From IMG/VR virus record IMGVR_UViG_3300032236_001613, positions 264,069 through 328,068 of that record: a DNA stretch of 64,000 nt; one strand, given 5' to 3'. The position numbers were made by a program, and so were the translations under genes. A model generated the notes under the pieces. It ran no database searches and was not told the origin of the DNA. It saw only the letters and a program-made list of their open reading frames with translations. This document shows positions 20,102-31,061 of the stretch, one piece after another. Each line of letters starts with the position of its first letter. Position 1 is the first letter of the stretch.

Positions 20102-23100
20102 TTAACTACTGGTCACTATTGATGTTGAATTTAATTCTGATGCTGTTAAACTATTAATAATCTGTATGTCGCTAACTGTTGCTCCGCTAACAAAGATTTC
20201 ATTGCTTTGGCAAGTTATTTGAAATAAACTGCCAAACCCACTGTTAGTAGACTTTGGAACAATAACAAAGTTAGTTATGTCAGGAGTCATAATATTCATA
20301 ACGTAAGCTACCAATTCTCCAAAATTAAATGTTTGTCCGAAATCCCAGTTATCAATAGCAAAAAAATTATCAATAGCAGACAGAATTCTTGTTTGTAAAC
20401 TAGTTATGCTAGCTGTACTTGAAGGACTTTGCACAGCTTTGAATGTTGCTTGTAAAGGCAAAGGAGCCTGGCTACCAAACAATACTTTATATCTTGCAGG
20501 ATGATATACAATCTCATCACTAATGCTCTTAATAGGTTCCAAAGTCTGAGAATAATTATTTTCTAAACTTTGTGTTGTCGGTGGTAGTGGTTCGTTACCA
20601 GTACCACTAAGTAACCAATTTCGATATTCAAGGTCATAACTTTTACTCAATAAGTAAACGTCTATGATATTCATCTTGCTTGGATCGAGTCTTCTTTCGT
20701 TACCGCTATTATGTAAATAGTGAAATTTTAAATTAGCTCTACCTGCTCGAGCATAATACAATGGTTCAACATTATAAGAATTTGATACTGCAGAATAACT
20801 TTGTATAACATCAGTGTTATAAAAATAATATAAATTTCCGTCAACAGGATTAGATACGCCCGATTGACTTGCATAAGCTAACACGTTTCCTGTATAAAGA
20901 GAATATCTTGTTCCATCAGCCGATTTTTGAAAATAAACAAACTTGCTTCTAGCATTTGTTTGTGGGCTAATATAAGATGGATTTACAATATTATTAAATG
21001 CATCTGGATCGTCAATTTGACCATCATCACTGTGATCATAGAAACTAACATATACTTTTTTAGGCTCTATATATCCGTCCGGTTCGACTACTCCGCTATT
21101 AATCTGCCATGAGTAATCAATACCTAGTGCTTGAGAGGTGCTAGGTTGTTTATTAATCGAAAGCACATCAATACGATCTTTAATAACTGTGTCTGTTACA
21201 AAATCGTAATTCTTTTTCGAATCATCAACATAAAAAGCTGTTTGTGCTTGACTTTCGAAAACATATTCTAATCCTCGAGAACGAACAGTGTATTCTTTAC
21301 CCGACCATTGAAACGCTAGTAACCAACTAGCATCTCTATTAGAGTTAGTTAAATCGCCTTGGTAAGTAAGACTAAATGAATTAATTAAATCAATGTTAGT
21401 ATCTAAAACTATATTCCATGATACTGTATTAGCGTTATAACTTAGCCCAAAATTTCGCTTAGACTGAGCTAAATTTACAATTTCTGTTTGTAAACTATAA
21501 GATAAAGTTGTTACAAATGGTGGAATAATAGACTGTAATACAGCACTATTTGGTATTATAAAAGTATAAGGATTAACAATACCATCGCCGGGTATAGTTC
21601 CTGTTAAAATAACCGGACCTGTGCCGTCACTTAAATTACCGATACCACTATTTGATCCGTCACCAACTACATTTACAACTTTAGTCCACAAGTATGATAC
21701 AGTTGTATCATCAGCAATTGACGTTAATGTTCCATTAGGTAAGAAATATTGATTTGGTGGTGGAATTAATTTTAATAATGCTCCGGGTATAACAGATGAC
21801 AGAGAGCCTGACCCAAAATATCCTAATGTTACTGGGCCACTGGCACTACTAAAATAACCTCTAGTTTGGTTGGTAGTTATGTTGGACTGATGCCATGCAA
21901 TATATGATGCATCTAAAACAACTCTCGGGTAAGAATCTAAATAAAATGATTTTAGTCTCGGCGAGTTAATTATAGGTGCAACGCTATTTTGTACAACCGA
22001 AAATATTTCGTTTCGTGTAGTAAAACTAAATTGGAAACTGTTTTCTAAATAATCTTTATATAAAATTCCATCAGTAGCAAAAATATCAGTAGAGCTGTAA
22101 GCGCCGCTGATATCACTTAATTCATAATATTTGCTTATTCCGCTACTAATTCTATTGATACTTTTAATTTTAATAACGTCAGGGTTGACATTAAGAGGAG
22201 CAATATTATAATCCTCTCCAGTAATCATACGATTCTGTGTATAATAAGTCTGTGGCGCTTTTAATTTAATATCGCTGTTAGATTCGCTAGCCGAAGAATT
22301 ATTAACAGTATATTGTAAACTTACAATTATTGTTAATGTTTGAGTTTGCCCAGAAGCGTTATAATAAGGAATCTGAAGAGTAATATTACTCATTTGATTT
22401 GGTTTTATTGATAACGTTGCGCCGTCACTTTGTCTGTAGTAAAGTGTAAAGTTGCCGTTAGGTAAATTTCCAAAACTACCATCCGCAAATGATAAATCAA
22501 TCTGATCGTTAATTCTAGTTAACACAGTATAAAGATTTCTGTCGTTTAAACTATTGCTGTTGTAAATGACATTATTACCAGACAAACTACTAACTTTAGT
22601 CCATAGAGTCTGTGGCGAATTAGTTGAATCTAGCTGCCATAACCATACATCAGAATCATTAACATTAGGAGTATTAACAGATATTAATTCGTTAGGCACC
22701 GGGCTTGTAACAGAAAAATTAACATTTGATAAAGATCCTTGTCGAAAATGTACAAAAAATCCTGTATTATTACTACCGCTGCCTTGATTATCATTTTGGA
22801 ACAATAAAGCAAAGCTATTGCCCGGAGCAGGCGGTTCTTCGTAAATGAAGGTTTGACCTGCAAATGTTGACGAGACTATCTCAAAATTTAACTGAGTTCC
22901 GCCAATACTTTTTGTAAATCCGTAAACAGGAACATTTGAGTTAGTGCTATTAATTCTATATTGCTCAGTTACAATGTTATTAATAACAGTGCTTAAATTT
23001 GGTTTTCCAAATTGTTGCGGCGCAATCATGGCAGAATTCATTATGGAAATAAACTGATCGTACCAATTTAAATTTGTCGGATCATTCCAACTTACTATAG

Positions 23101-23515
23101 AGTTGGAAAGATTAACTCCGTTTGAATCGTAGATACTATCTGAAGTTGATACCGAAACAATTTTTAACAATCCCGACGAAGGAACATTTCTTTTTGGATT
23201 GTAACTGATTAACTGCGCTAATCGTAGAATACTATCTCTTCTTTCAGCAGTTTCTAAAAAGTTTTCTCTAGCATTTAAGTCTATTCTAAAACTTAAATTT
23301 TGACCTAAAAATGCAATAAGATCAACTAGTGCTATAAATTCACTACTATCGATATAATCATTGAATTCTTCAGGATAACTTTCTTTTAAGTAAGTTATTA
23401 ATGTGCGACGTAGAGTTTCAAAGTCATAGCTTGTGAAATCAGCATTTTTAAAACTTTGATATATTTTTTTCCAATCTTCAGCGACTAGCAATTGATTAGT
23501 TGTTGATGGTATCAT
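20102..23515 (-). CDS. Baseplate wedge subunit, T4 gp6-like
   Basis: DFTSYDFETLR, FNDYIDSSE, NARENFLETAERRDSILRLAQLISYNPKR, ES..DIKLKAP..Y.TQNRMITGEDY. Confidence 0.85.
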   Translation of the reverse strand: MIPSTTNQLLVAEDWKKIYQSFKNADFTSYDFETLRRTLITYLKESYPEEFNDYIDSSEFIALVDLIAFLGQNLSFRIDLNARENFLETAERRDSILRLAQLISYNPKRNVPSSGLLKIVSVSTSDSIYDSNGVNLSNSIVSWNDPTNLNWYDQFISIMNSAMIAPQQFGKPNLSTVINNIVTEQYRINSTNSNVPVYGFTKSIGGTQLNFEIVSSTFAGQTFIYEEPPAPGNSFALLFQNDNQGSGSNNTGFFVHFRQGSLSNVNFSVTSPVPNELISVNTPNVNDSDVWLWQLDSTNSPQTLWTKVSSLSGNNVIYNSNSLNDRNLYTVLTRINDQIDLSFADGSFGNLPNGNFTLYYRQSDGATLSIKPNQMSNITLQIPYYNASGQTQTLTIIVSLQYTVNNSSASESNSDIKLKAPQTYYTQNRMITGEDYNIAPLNVNPDVIKIKSINRISSGISKYYELSDISGAYSSTDIFATDGILYKDYLENSFQFSFTTRNEIFSVVQNSVAPIINSPRLKSFYLDSYPRVVLDASYIAWHQSNITTNQTRGYFSSASGPVTLGYFGSGSLSSVIPGALLKLIPPPNQYFLPNGTLTSIADDTTVSYLWTKVVNVVGDGSNSGIGNLSDGTGPVILTGTIPGDGIVNPYTFIIPNSAVLQSIIPPFVTTLSYSLQTEIVNLAQSKRNFGLSYNANTVSWNIVLDTNIDLINSFSLTYQGDLTNSNRDASWLLAFQWSGKEYTVRSRGLEYVFESQAQTAFYVDDSKKNYDFVTDTVIKDRIDVLSINKQPSTSQALGIDYSWQINSGVVEPDGYIEPKKVYVSFYDHSDDGQIDDPDAFNNIVNPSYISPQTNARSKFVYFQKSADGTRYSLYTGNVLAYASQSGVSNPVDGNLYYFYNTDVIQSYSAVSNSYNVEPLYYARAGRANLKFHYLHNSGNERRLDPSKMNIIDVYLLSKSYDLEYRNWLLSGTGNEPLPPTTQSLENNYSQTLEPIKSISDEIVYHPARYKVLFGSQAPLPLQATFKAVQSPSSTASITSLQTRILSAIDNFFAIDNWDFGQTFNFGELVAYVMNIMTPDITNFVIVPKSTNSGFGSLFQITCQSNEIFVSGATVSDIQIINSLTASELNSTSIVTSS

Positions 23516-23568
23516 AATAACAATTTCTCATAGATACCTATATTTATTGATGTTATTAAATACGTATA

Positions 23569-24009
23569 TTATTGGAGAATTAACCCAAGCTCTTTGTTAA
23601 AAGCTAAGGATAAATTCTCTGTTTGATCAGAACCTACAACCTGAAGTGTAAGTTCAAGTAGAATTCCGTATTCTTGTTCGTCGATAATTATTTGTACTGG
23701 AACAACTCTAGGATCTGCATTAACAATTCTGTTAATATCATCAGAAATTACTTGCTTGATACTATCTGTAAATGGTTCAAATATTGTTTCCCATATTATA
23801 GTACCAAACTCCGGCAGCATAACACGCTCGCCTTGTCTAGTATTAAACTGATTTATAAGATCTTGCTTAATTAAATCATAATCATAAAGTCTAGTATCAC
23901 CTAATGTACCAACATTTACTGAACTATACCCGACATAAAACTGACTTGTTTTCTGTGGATTTGTTGAACTGTACTGGGTTGGATTAAGTTCTAGATTTTT
24001 ATAAGGCAT
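23569..24009 (-). CDS. Baseplate wedge subunit, gp25/GPW-like
   Basis: LIKQDLINQFNTRQGERVMLPEFGT..W..IFEP...DPRV signature. Confidence 0.9.
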   Translation of the reverse strand: MPYKNLELNPTQYSSTNPQKTSQFYVGYSSVNVGTLGDTRLYDYDLIKQDLINQFNTRQGERVMLPEFGTIIWETIFEPFTDSIKQVISDDINRIVNADPRVVPVQIIIDEQEYGILLELTLQVVGSDQTENLSLAFNKELGLILQ

Positions 24010-24014
24010 ACGTT

Positions 24015-24020
24015 TATTTA
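24015..24020 (-). promoter_or_regulatory. Putative late promoter TAAATA, 5 nt before the ATG at 24009
   Basis: Minus strand reads AATAAATAAACGTATG. Confidence 0.6.
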
Positions 24021-26327
24021 TTAAGTACCTAATCCAACAGTTGTAGCGACAGTATTAGTTGTTAGAGGGTCACCTGCACTATTAGTAAGAGTTGTTTGTG
24101 GTCCTGTAGTAGTTGATTTATTCTGTAACTGCATTAAGAAACATTGATAAAATCCTAATTTTGTATTGTATATATCAGGAGTACAATATCCCACTGCTCT
24201 AACAGCAGCATTAAAATATGCAGGATCTTCTTGATCTAAAGATACTCTATCTAACAAATAAGCAACAGCAATAGCAGCACCTATATTAACGTCAAGAGCT
24301 AATAAAGGATTATCTACTAGATCTGTTTCATTTTTTAGAATACCTTTTTGGAAAAGTATTTTACTATATCTTGTATAGTTACTTCTTCCAGTTAATTGTA
24401 TATAACCCCTATCAACAAAAGAATTACCGTCACCAGGTTGAGTATTTCCTAAAATTTTTGATTTATTACCAGGAGCACCTGCTGGAGGAGGATCGTATAT
24501 AAAAGGTACTAGTGCCGATGAATTATAAGCATATTGGTTGGCTAACTCTTGATCTCCTCTAAAAATACTAGGGAATACTTGAAGTAGTCGATCCGCAGAG
24601 TAATTATAACTGGCTTGTAAAGGTCTCCAAAGGCTTTCGCCGCCACAAACACCTAATAAACTTGCTAACGCTTGCTTTCCTGTTAATCCTAATGTAGCTG
24701 CTGCCGATTTAAGAGCATTGATTCCGTTTTGACTTACAGGATCCGCAATCTTGCTAGCAAATTTCGGGTCGCAAGTACCTTCAACAACAGCAGGATAGTT
24801 AGTAGAAGCGAATCCAGATAATTCAATGTTTGATGGGATTCCACTAGACGATCTTGACTGTTGCGTTACATCGGTATTTGATGGTGTAAATGTATCAGGA
24901 CTAATACTTTCGTGCTGATCCCAGGGTTCGTGTGTTGGTGCTCTTTGCATAATAGAGGTTAAGGGAGCAGCCTTATAAAATTTACCGTTTGCCCAACCAG
25001 ATGCAACTTGTCTATTTGGTAAAGAATAAAGAGGTAATTGCGTAGGAATCAATGCCGAATCTGCTTTTTGCGCTGGAGTAGCATTTTGATTTATTTGTAT
25101 AGCAGTTGCATAATAGTTTGCCGATGCATAATTATGAATATTGGCGCCGGCTGTTTGTTTAATATCACCTGTTTTAGTTTTTAAATGCATATTATTATCA
25201 ACTGTTATTTTTAAGTCGCCGCCAACTGACTCATCCTTGTTATTTTTAATTGAAATTTTTGCATAATCATCGACCAATAAATTATAAAATCCTGCAACAT
25301 TAGTTTCCATATTCCCAACAGCACGAACGTTAAAATTTCTACCTGCTTCGAGATTTATATCTCTCTCAGCTTTAAAATTAAAATCGTTTTCCGTATGAAT
25401 GCTTACGCTATCATGCGCATAGATATCAATTTTTCCATTACTAGTAAGCTCAATCCATGCAGTTCCTTTACTGTTTGCAATATATATTAGATCGTTTGTA
25501 TTATGCATCAGTATTTGATGCCCTGTACGTGTTCTAATTCTTACTAATTCGTTCTGTCCGTTTTCGTCGCCGTCGTCCATAACAAATTGAGAACCGCCTA
25601 ATCTAGTAACAGGCACAGAAACTTTCTGCTCATTATTACCTACTGTACCTTTCCTGCCTTTAGGATCAAGCGGGCCTGGTGTACTAATTCCAAAGATTTT
25701 GCTAGGAATTTCTCTTCTAGCCGAGCTAGATGTTACACCTCTTATTAAATCTTTTAATAGACCTTGCTCTAACAACCTATCGGCAAAAGGATGTACAGGT
25801 CTTTGTTGTGAGGATGGAACAATATTATCGTGTGCAACAGTTCTAGAAAATTCTGCAACAGGCAAATAGTTTACATCACCATACTTTGCACGTTGTTCTT
25901 GATTTAAATAAACTTTATCGCTAGCTGCTATTCCTGGGATCATATGGTTTTGATATGTCTCAGGAACACACCCTATCCAATATCCTTGTTTAATATCGCC
26001 TTCGACAAAGATTACTAATACCTTGGTTCCAATTTCGGGAGTAACCATCCACATACCATGGCTTTTTTGTACATCTTCAAATTTTCTAGGATCGCCGCCG
26101 TTATAAGAAGCATCTGATACACCATAAAAAGGATTTAAATATCTTGCATGAATCGCATTAGATGGTAGATCAGAATTACTTGTTCCATCTTTTTTAATTA
26201 ATGTAACGTGCAATCCTCCCATATATGTAGTATCATTGTTGTTAACAACTTTAGCAAGATAAGGGCCATTCGATAGAGGAATATTTGTACTGTCTAATGG
26301 GTCTCCGTTTCTTTGTGTAATTGGCAT
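24021..26327 (-). CDS. Baseplate hub/central spike, gp5/VgrG-like, with a C-terminal GH19-like (chitinase/lysozyme) domain
   Basis: OB-fold motif GMWMVTPEIGTKVLVIFVEGD..QGYWIG; RTRTGHQILM and beta-repeat stretch; C-terminal GES...NYSADRL...GN...GDG...RGYIQLTGRSNY. Confidence 0.8.
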   Translation of the reverse strand: MPITQRNGDPLDSTNIPLSNGPYLAKVVNNNDTTYMGGLHVTLIKKDGTSNSDLPSNAIHARYLNPFYGVSDASYNGGDPRKFEDVQKSHGMWMVTPEIGTKVLVIFVEGDIKQGYWIGCVPETYQNHMIPGIAASDKVYLNQEQRAKYGDVNYLPVAEFSRTVAHDNIVPSSQQRPVHPFADRLLEQGLLKDLIRGVTSSSARREIPSKIFGISTPGPLDPKGRKGTVGNNEQKVSVPVTRLGGSQFVMDDGDENGQNELVRIRTRTGHQILMHNTNDLIYIANSKGTAWIELTSNGKIDIYAHDSVSIHTENDFNFKAERDINLEAGRNFNVRAVGNMETNVAGFYNLLVDDYAKISIKNNKDESVGGDLKITVDNNMHLKTKTGDIKQTAGANIHNYASANYYATAIQINQNATPAQKADSALIPTQLPLYSLPNRQVASGWANGKFYKAAPLTSIMQRAPTHEPWDQHESISPDTFTPSNTDVTQQSRSSSGIPSNIELSGFASTNYPAVVEGTCDPKFASKIADPVSQNGINALKSAAATLGLTGKQALASLLGVCGGESLWRPLQASYNYSADRLLQVFPSIFRGDQELANQYAYNSSALVPFIYDPPPAGAPGNKSKILGNTQPGDGNSFVDRGYIQLTGRSNYTRYSKILFQKGILKNETDLVDNPLLALDVNIGAAIAVAYLLDRVSLDQEDPAYFNAAVRAVGYCTPDIYNTKLGFYQCFLMQLQNKSTTTGPQTTLTNSAGDPLTTNTVATTVGLGT

Positions 26328-26330
26328 AGT

Positions 26331-29300
26331 TTAATAGTTTTGAGTAGCTTTAATTAATGCTGTTAGTATAGCCGAGCTACCTCCTTTACTTCCGTATTTA
26401 CTAACCGCCGATTTCGAAAGGTCGCCGGTATTGGGCACATCTTTACCAGTAAGATTAGAGACATTATTAATTTCTGTTTCTCTACTTACTGTTGTATTTG
26501 TTATACGTCTTAACCCTGCTTGTATAGTAGATAATTTATCAGCTACTACTTGAGGTTTAGCTCCTACACTTGAAATATTCGATAATTTAACATTAGATAA
26601 TATTTGATCTAAATTAGAAATATCCGATACTCCAGATATATTATTTAGATTGCCTCCTCTATTAACAATATATCTTAAATCGCTAGAATTAATCCTTGGT
26701 TCTGGAGCAATAGCTTTAGGTTGTGTCGGAGGAATATTACCTAATCCATCAATAGGTAGATTATTAATATTCAACCCATTTTGTATTTCAGCATTAATAT
26801 CAACATTGCTAGGTATTTTATTAGCAGCATCTGTAATAGTCTTTAAAATTCTTGACTTTAGATTCGGGCTAAGTCCTGATATTACACTTGAATTAATTCC
26901 TAACTGTCCTTCAAGTGCAGCAAAATTTCCATTAAGATTATTAACATTTGAACTTACATTTGAAACTAAGCCAGCAGCTTGAGAAGAAAGATTTGTAACT
27001 TTAGCTATCTGGCTCGAACCTAAACTATTAACTAAATTATTATTATTTGCTAATAATGTCTTAGATAAATTCGCTGGTGTAACTTTTGATAGCCCTAAAG
27101 ATTGTGCAGTATTGCTTATTTCATTTACAGAACCGCCGACTTGATTTACATTGTTTGATAATGCAGATAATCCTGCATTTGCTAGTCTTATAGAACTACC
27201 AACATTTGAAAGTCCTGCCGACGGTAACCCACTTACTCTATTAACTAACGAACCTACATTGTTTGAGGCACCGGATTTTAAAGAATTTATAATGCTAGCA
27301 ACTGTTAGCCCGGCTGCTGCTGCTCCGGCCAAGCTGTTTATTCCTCCAGGAACTAAATTTGATAAAGCACCAGGCAATCCTTTTACTGAATTTGATGTTT
27401 TCAAAAGCTTTTGTGTAGTGCTAGCTAAGGTATTATCTGTTGCTCGCATCGATGACACTTCGGCAGGCGGGGCCGGAGAAGGAGTTCTTTCCGCTACAGG
27501 TGATGTACCAACTGTTTCTGGAGTGGAAGGAGTGGAACTAGTGTCTTCGAGTTGACCTGGGATTCTCACAAGTTGCAAAATTTGCTTGAAAACTCCGTCA
27601 TTAAATGTGCTGTTTACTTGAATAACTCTAAACACTCCGCTGTAAGATGCTACTTTAGTATTTGTTTTACCCAGTGTTTCGTAATAAACAAATCCAGTCT
27701 TTTCATTAATATCAGTAGGAGTATTGAACCTAATCACAATATTAGTGTCTTGGTAAGTGTACGGAACTTCTCCGTTGCTAATCATTCCTGTTGTTTGATC
27801 AAATGTTAATCTTTGATTACCGATAGAATCGGTAAGAAGATAACACGGATCACCTATAATTTCTAATTCTCCTGTAGCAAGATCAACATTTTCTAAAATT
27901 CCTTGATGCATACTTTTTGCTAAGTCGTAAAAGGGATCAATTTGTCCTTCCACTGCACCAATATTAGTTGTAGATCTGTCAGCTAATGTAGAGATTGATG
28001 CTTTTCCATGTATATCTTTTTGAACTTCTTTTTTTGTTACCTTTGGTAATTTTACATCTGGAGTTGTTTGCCCTTCGACACTATCCATAGGAACAGTTAC
28101 ATTAGGTTTATTTCCTAGATTAGACGGCACAGCTTGATAGTAAAGTGTGTTAAACTTTAATCTAAACTTTTCAATATCAACATTCTGTCCTGTATAAAGG
28201 TAATTGTAGCTTCTCTGCGCATATGCTGCTGCTACCGTAGTATCAATGGCCACAGAAGATAATGGTTGAATTCTAGAATAGTGTATCTTATAAGGTTGCA
28301 CAATATATCGATAATTTCTAAAAGGCTTACGAAGATATTCGTTATAATCTTCTCGATCTTCAACTTCAACTAAAACAATAAAATAATCTATATATCCTAA
28401 CTTATCAGGAGTAGGATTATGTAATATTCTTCTTACATAGGAACTATCTCTTATAATTGATGCAATAATTTCTGTAATATCACAACCTTTACCAAACTGT
28501 GCAGCAATTGATCTAGGGGTTGGGTCGTATATCTTTTGTCCTTTTTCGTTAACACCTAAATAAGTTAAATGAAGCTTAGACGGCGACTCAGTTATAAACT
28601 TTAGTTTATCTTCTTCCGAAACAAAATCAAAATGTTGTTGTTGTGTTAAAAAATTTACAGTCGATGCGTCGCTAATTAAATTATTATCATCATTTCTTAT
28701 TATAATCTCATAGTGATCTGATTTAACATTGGAATCTTTGGTAATAAGTTCCATTTCATCTTGTTTTTGTTGGTTGATACGTATCGCTAAACTACCTAAT
28801 AAATCTTTAACAGTGTTACCTGTACACAATACATTATCTAATAACTTTCCAGAGTTATTACTAAATCCTAACTCGTTAGTTGGAACTCCGGCACAGCGAT
28901 ATCTTGTGCCTGTTTCGTTAATATCAATTTCAACTTGAGTAAATCTAAAGACGAAATATCTAGAGAACGGAATATTTTCAATTTTATTATTATCGTCCCT
29001 ATATCCGATAAACTCTAACTTTAATAGGAAAGGACAATTTAAATAGCTGTCATGATCTGCAGAAACTGCTGCCACATGCAATGCTTCGATAAATCCTGTC
29101 ATACTGTAAGGCTCAAATAAATCAAATTCTATTTGAGTAGCAATTGACATATTTGTTGACAAACTTCCGCCACAAACTGTGTTAATTCTTACATTATTGA
29201 TAAAAAAATCAAATCTTCCTGGGCTATTTTTATTGAATCCTTGCACTAGGTCGTCATATTCAGGACTTGCAGTTGGTGTACTTGCATCTGCAGTTTTGCC

Positions 29301-29618
29301 GCCTGACTTAGCAATAACGAAAATATTTTTATCATTTTTATAATCAAACGTGCTATCGTAAAGCGCCTTCTTAGGCAACGATGCTAAAGTAAATTTGTAA
29401 TTATACGAGGTATAATTATTTAAAATGTTTGTCTTTTTACTTTCTGTGACTATACCTTTAGTTTTATCCCTAGTAATATAATCTTTAGCATATGGTGATA
29501 CTGCCATATTTTCTGCGATACTAGATTGTCTAACAATTGTACCTCTTCGAGGACCTGTAGGTGTAAGTTTATCTTTTACACCGGACCACTTGTCTGGAGG
29601 CAAATAACCAACTGCCAT
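26331..29618 (-). CDS. Putative baseplate hub protein with a long low-complexity C-terminal tail
   Basis: Lies between gp53-like and gp5-like genes; FEPYS, PFLLKLEFIG, LEIIGDP and YSGVFRVIQV.STF.DG.F.Q.L motifs resemble hub (gp27/gpD-type) proteins. Confidence 0.55.
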   Translation of the reverse strand: MAVGYLPPDKWSGVKDKLTPTGPRRGTIVRQSSIAENMAVSPYAKDYITRDKTKGIVTESKKTNILNNYTSYNYKFTLASLPKKALYDSTFDYKNDKNIFVIAKSGGKTADASTPTASPEYDDLVQGFNKNSPGRFDFFINNVRINTVCGGSLSTNMSIATQIEFDLFEPYSMTGFIEALHVAAVSADHDSYLNCPFLLKLEFIGYRDDNNKIENIPFSRYFVFRFTQVEIDINETGTRYRCAGVPTNELGFSNNSGKLLDNVLCTGNTVKDLLGSLAIRINQQKQDEMELITKDSNVKSDHYEIIIRNDDNNLISDASTVNFLTQQQHFDFVSEEDKLKFITESPSKLHLTYLGVNEKGQKIYDPTPRSIAAQFGKGCDITEIIASIIRDSSYVRRILHNPTPDKLGYIDYFIVLVEVEDREDYNEYLRKPFRNYRYIVQPYKIHYSRIQPLSSVAIDTTVAAAYAQRSYNYLYTGQNVDIEKFRLKFNTLYYQAVPSNLGNKPNVTVPMDSVEGQTTPDVKLPKVTKKEVQKDIHGKASISTLADRSTTNIGAVEGQIDPFYDLAKSMHQGILENVDLATGELEIIGDPCYLLTDSIGNQRLTFDQTTGMISNGEVPYTYQDTNIVIRFNTPTDINEKTGFVYYETLGKTNTKVASYSGVFRVIQVNSTFNDGVFKQILQLVRIPGQLEDTSSTPSTPETVGTSPVAERTPSPAPPAEVSSMRATDNTLASTTQKLLKTSNSVKGLPGALSNLVPGGINSLAGAAAAGLTVASIINSLKSGASNNVGSLVNRVSGLPSAGLSNVGSSIRLANAGLSALSNNVNQVGGSVNEISNTAQSLGLSKVTPANLSKTLLANNNNLVNSLGSSQIAKVTNLSSQAAGLVSNVSSNVNNLNGNFAALEGQLGINSSVISGLSPNLKSRILKTITDAANKIPSNVDINAEIQNGLNINNLPIDGLGNIPPTQPKAIAPEPRINSSDLRYIVNRGGNLNNISGVSDISNLDQILSNVKLSNISSVGAKPQVVADKLSTIQAGLRRITNTTVSRETEINNVSNLTGKDVPNTGDLSKSAVSKYGSKGGSSAILTALIKATQNY

Positions 29619-29619
29619 A

Positions 29620-29922
29620 TTATAGTCCTAATACCGAATTTAAAGTAGTCATTTGAGGAAGATAAATTGTTTGTCCTGCATATAAGTCATATATAGGATC
29701 TTTGATTACGTCCTTATTTCTCACAGAAAATACCCACCATAAATTTACATCACCATATAAATCATATGCTAATAAATCTGGTCTATATTCGTATTGAGTA
29801 GTTACGGTGTATTGTACATCATCGGCAACCACAGGTATATTTCTAAACGTTGCTACGTCTAAATAAAAACTACTAATATTAGTTTTATAATAAGGACTTG
29901 AATTAGAGTACATTGCTGACAT
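29620..29922 (-). CDS. Baseplate wedge protein, T4 gp53/LysM-like
   Basis: YRPDLLAYDLYGDVNLWWVFSVRN...DP......G..IYLP motif. Confidence 0.85.
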   Translation of the reverse strand: MSAMYSNSSPYYKTNISSFYLDVATFRNIPVVADDVQYTVTTQYEYRPDLLAYDLYGDVNLWWVFSVRNKDVIKDPIYDLYAGQTIYLPQMTTLNSVLGL

Positions 29923-31004
29923 TATAGATATCCCTCAGATCTCTTGCCACCAGAATTCTCATTTAACCATCCATTAACAGTACCATTTAATAGTTGTTGT
30001 CTGCTGAATAGCGGTATTAACGTTAATTTGATTGTAGTAATAACCGGCACAGAAGTGATTCCAACCGAGGTAAAACTTTTATATATAGCATTACTTGGAT
30101 CAACTGTGTAATAGTCAACGTTGTCAGGAAATTCTACAGAAAAGTTTTTAACAACTACCGGAGTATTGTTAAACATATAGTCGCCATGTGCAAATAATCT
30201 ACAAACCGGCGGTGGTGCACCGGCATTATCATCACTTCCAAATTTCATCTTAACTAAACTACGCCCTAAATGTATTGTTGAAATTACATATGCAGCATCT
30301 TGTTCATTTTGTACAACAAATTTACCAGTAATGCTAATCTCACTCACTGCACTATTTTTATAAAAATATTGAGTATAATTTGAATGCATTGCATTTAATG
30401 ACGAATAATTTGCAGTGTGCTCTATGGTTATTTGAGGTGTAAAAGGAAATAATATTCCTTCAAGACTACTTAAATTCTTTGCAGGTCCGAAATTATTAAC
30501 ATATTCTGTTGGAACTTTTAATCTAACTCTTTGAGTATCATCACCTTTAAATTTTGGTTGTGCAGCAGTAGGCCTTGACATGGCGGGATTAGCTGAGGGT
30601 TTTTTCTTTTTAGATAGCTTATCTAAAGCAGAACCTAGACTACCGACTAATCCGCCGATTGCTGCACCTTTTTTTCCACCAATAAGTGCACCAAGTACGA
30701 TACCACCAGTTAAATTTCTTGATGCTCTAGTTAGATCAGATTGACTTGCATTTGTTGTGTTGTCTAAAACAGGTTGATCAACTGTAGTTTGAGTACCGTC
30801 GGCATTTGTTGTTGTAGTAGTACCATCGGCATTTTGCTGTGCTGATCCACCGGTCGGTGCCGGAACTGGATCTGGAAAATTATTACCCGATATTAATACA
30901 CTAACAGGAACGTCTTGTTGCGCTGCTGATTCGCGGAGTTGACGAGCGACATCAGCCTTCTGATCTGGAGTTAAAGTTTTAATATATTCAAGAAATGTCG
31001 CCAT
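29922..31004 (-). CDS. Tail tube initiator / baseplate-tube junction protein (gp48/gp54-like)
   Basis: FPFTPQI....ANY.....HSNY, ISITGKF and APPPVCRL...G..MF...PVVV..F motifs of tube-fold baseplate proteins; precedes the gp53-like gene. Confidence 0.6.
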   Translation of the reverse strand: MATFLEYIKTLTPDQKADVARQLRESAAQQDVPVSVLISGNNFPDPVPAPTGGSAQQNADGTTTTTNADGTQTTVDQPVLDNTTNASQSDLTRASRNLTGGIVLGALIGGKKGAAIGGLVGSLGSALDKLSKKKKPSANPAMSRPTAAQPKFKGDDTQRVRLKVPTEYVNNFGPAKNLSSLEGILFPFTPQITIEHTANYSSLNAMHSNYTQYFYKNSAVSEISITGKFVVQNEQDAAYVISTIHLGRSLVKMKFGSDDNAGAPPPVCRLFAHGDYMFNNTPVVVKNFSVEFPDNVDYYTVDPSNAIYKSFTSVGITSVPVITTIKLTLIPLFSRQQLLNGTVNGWLNENSGGKRSEGYL

Positions 31005-31027
31005 TAGTAAAAATCCTTTATCATGTG

Positions 31028-31044
31028 TATTTAACCAATAAATA
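31028..31044. promoter_or_regulatory. Back-to-back late promoters (minus TAAATA at 31028-31033; plus TAAATA at 31039-31044)
   Basis: TATTTA-ACCAA-TAAATA in the divergent intergenic region between the baseplate operon and gp55. Confidence 0.55.
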
Positions 31045-31061
31045 ATCTACCTACATAATGG

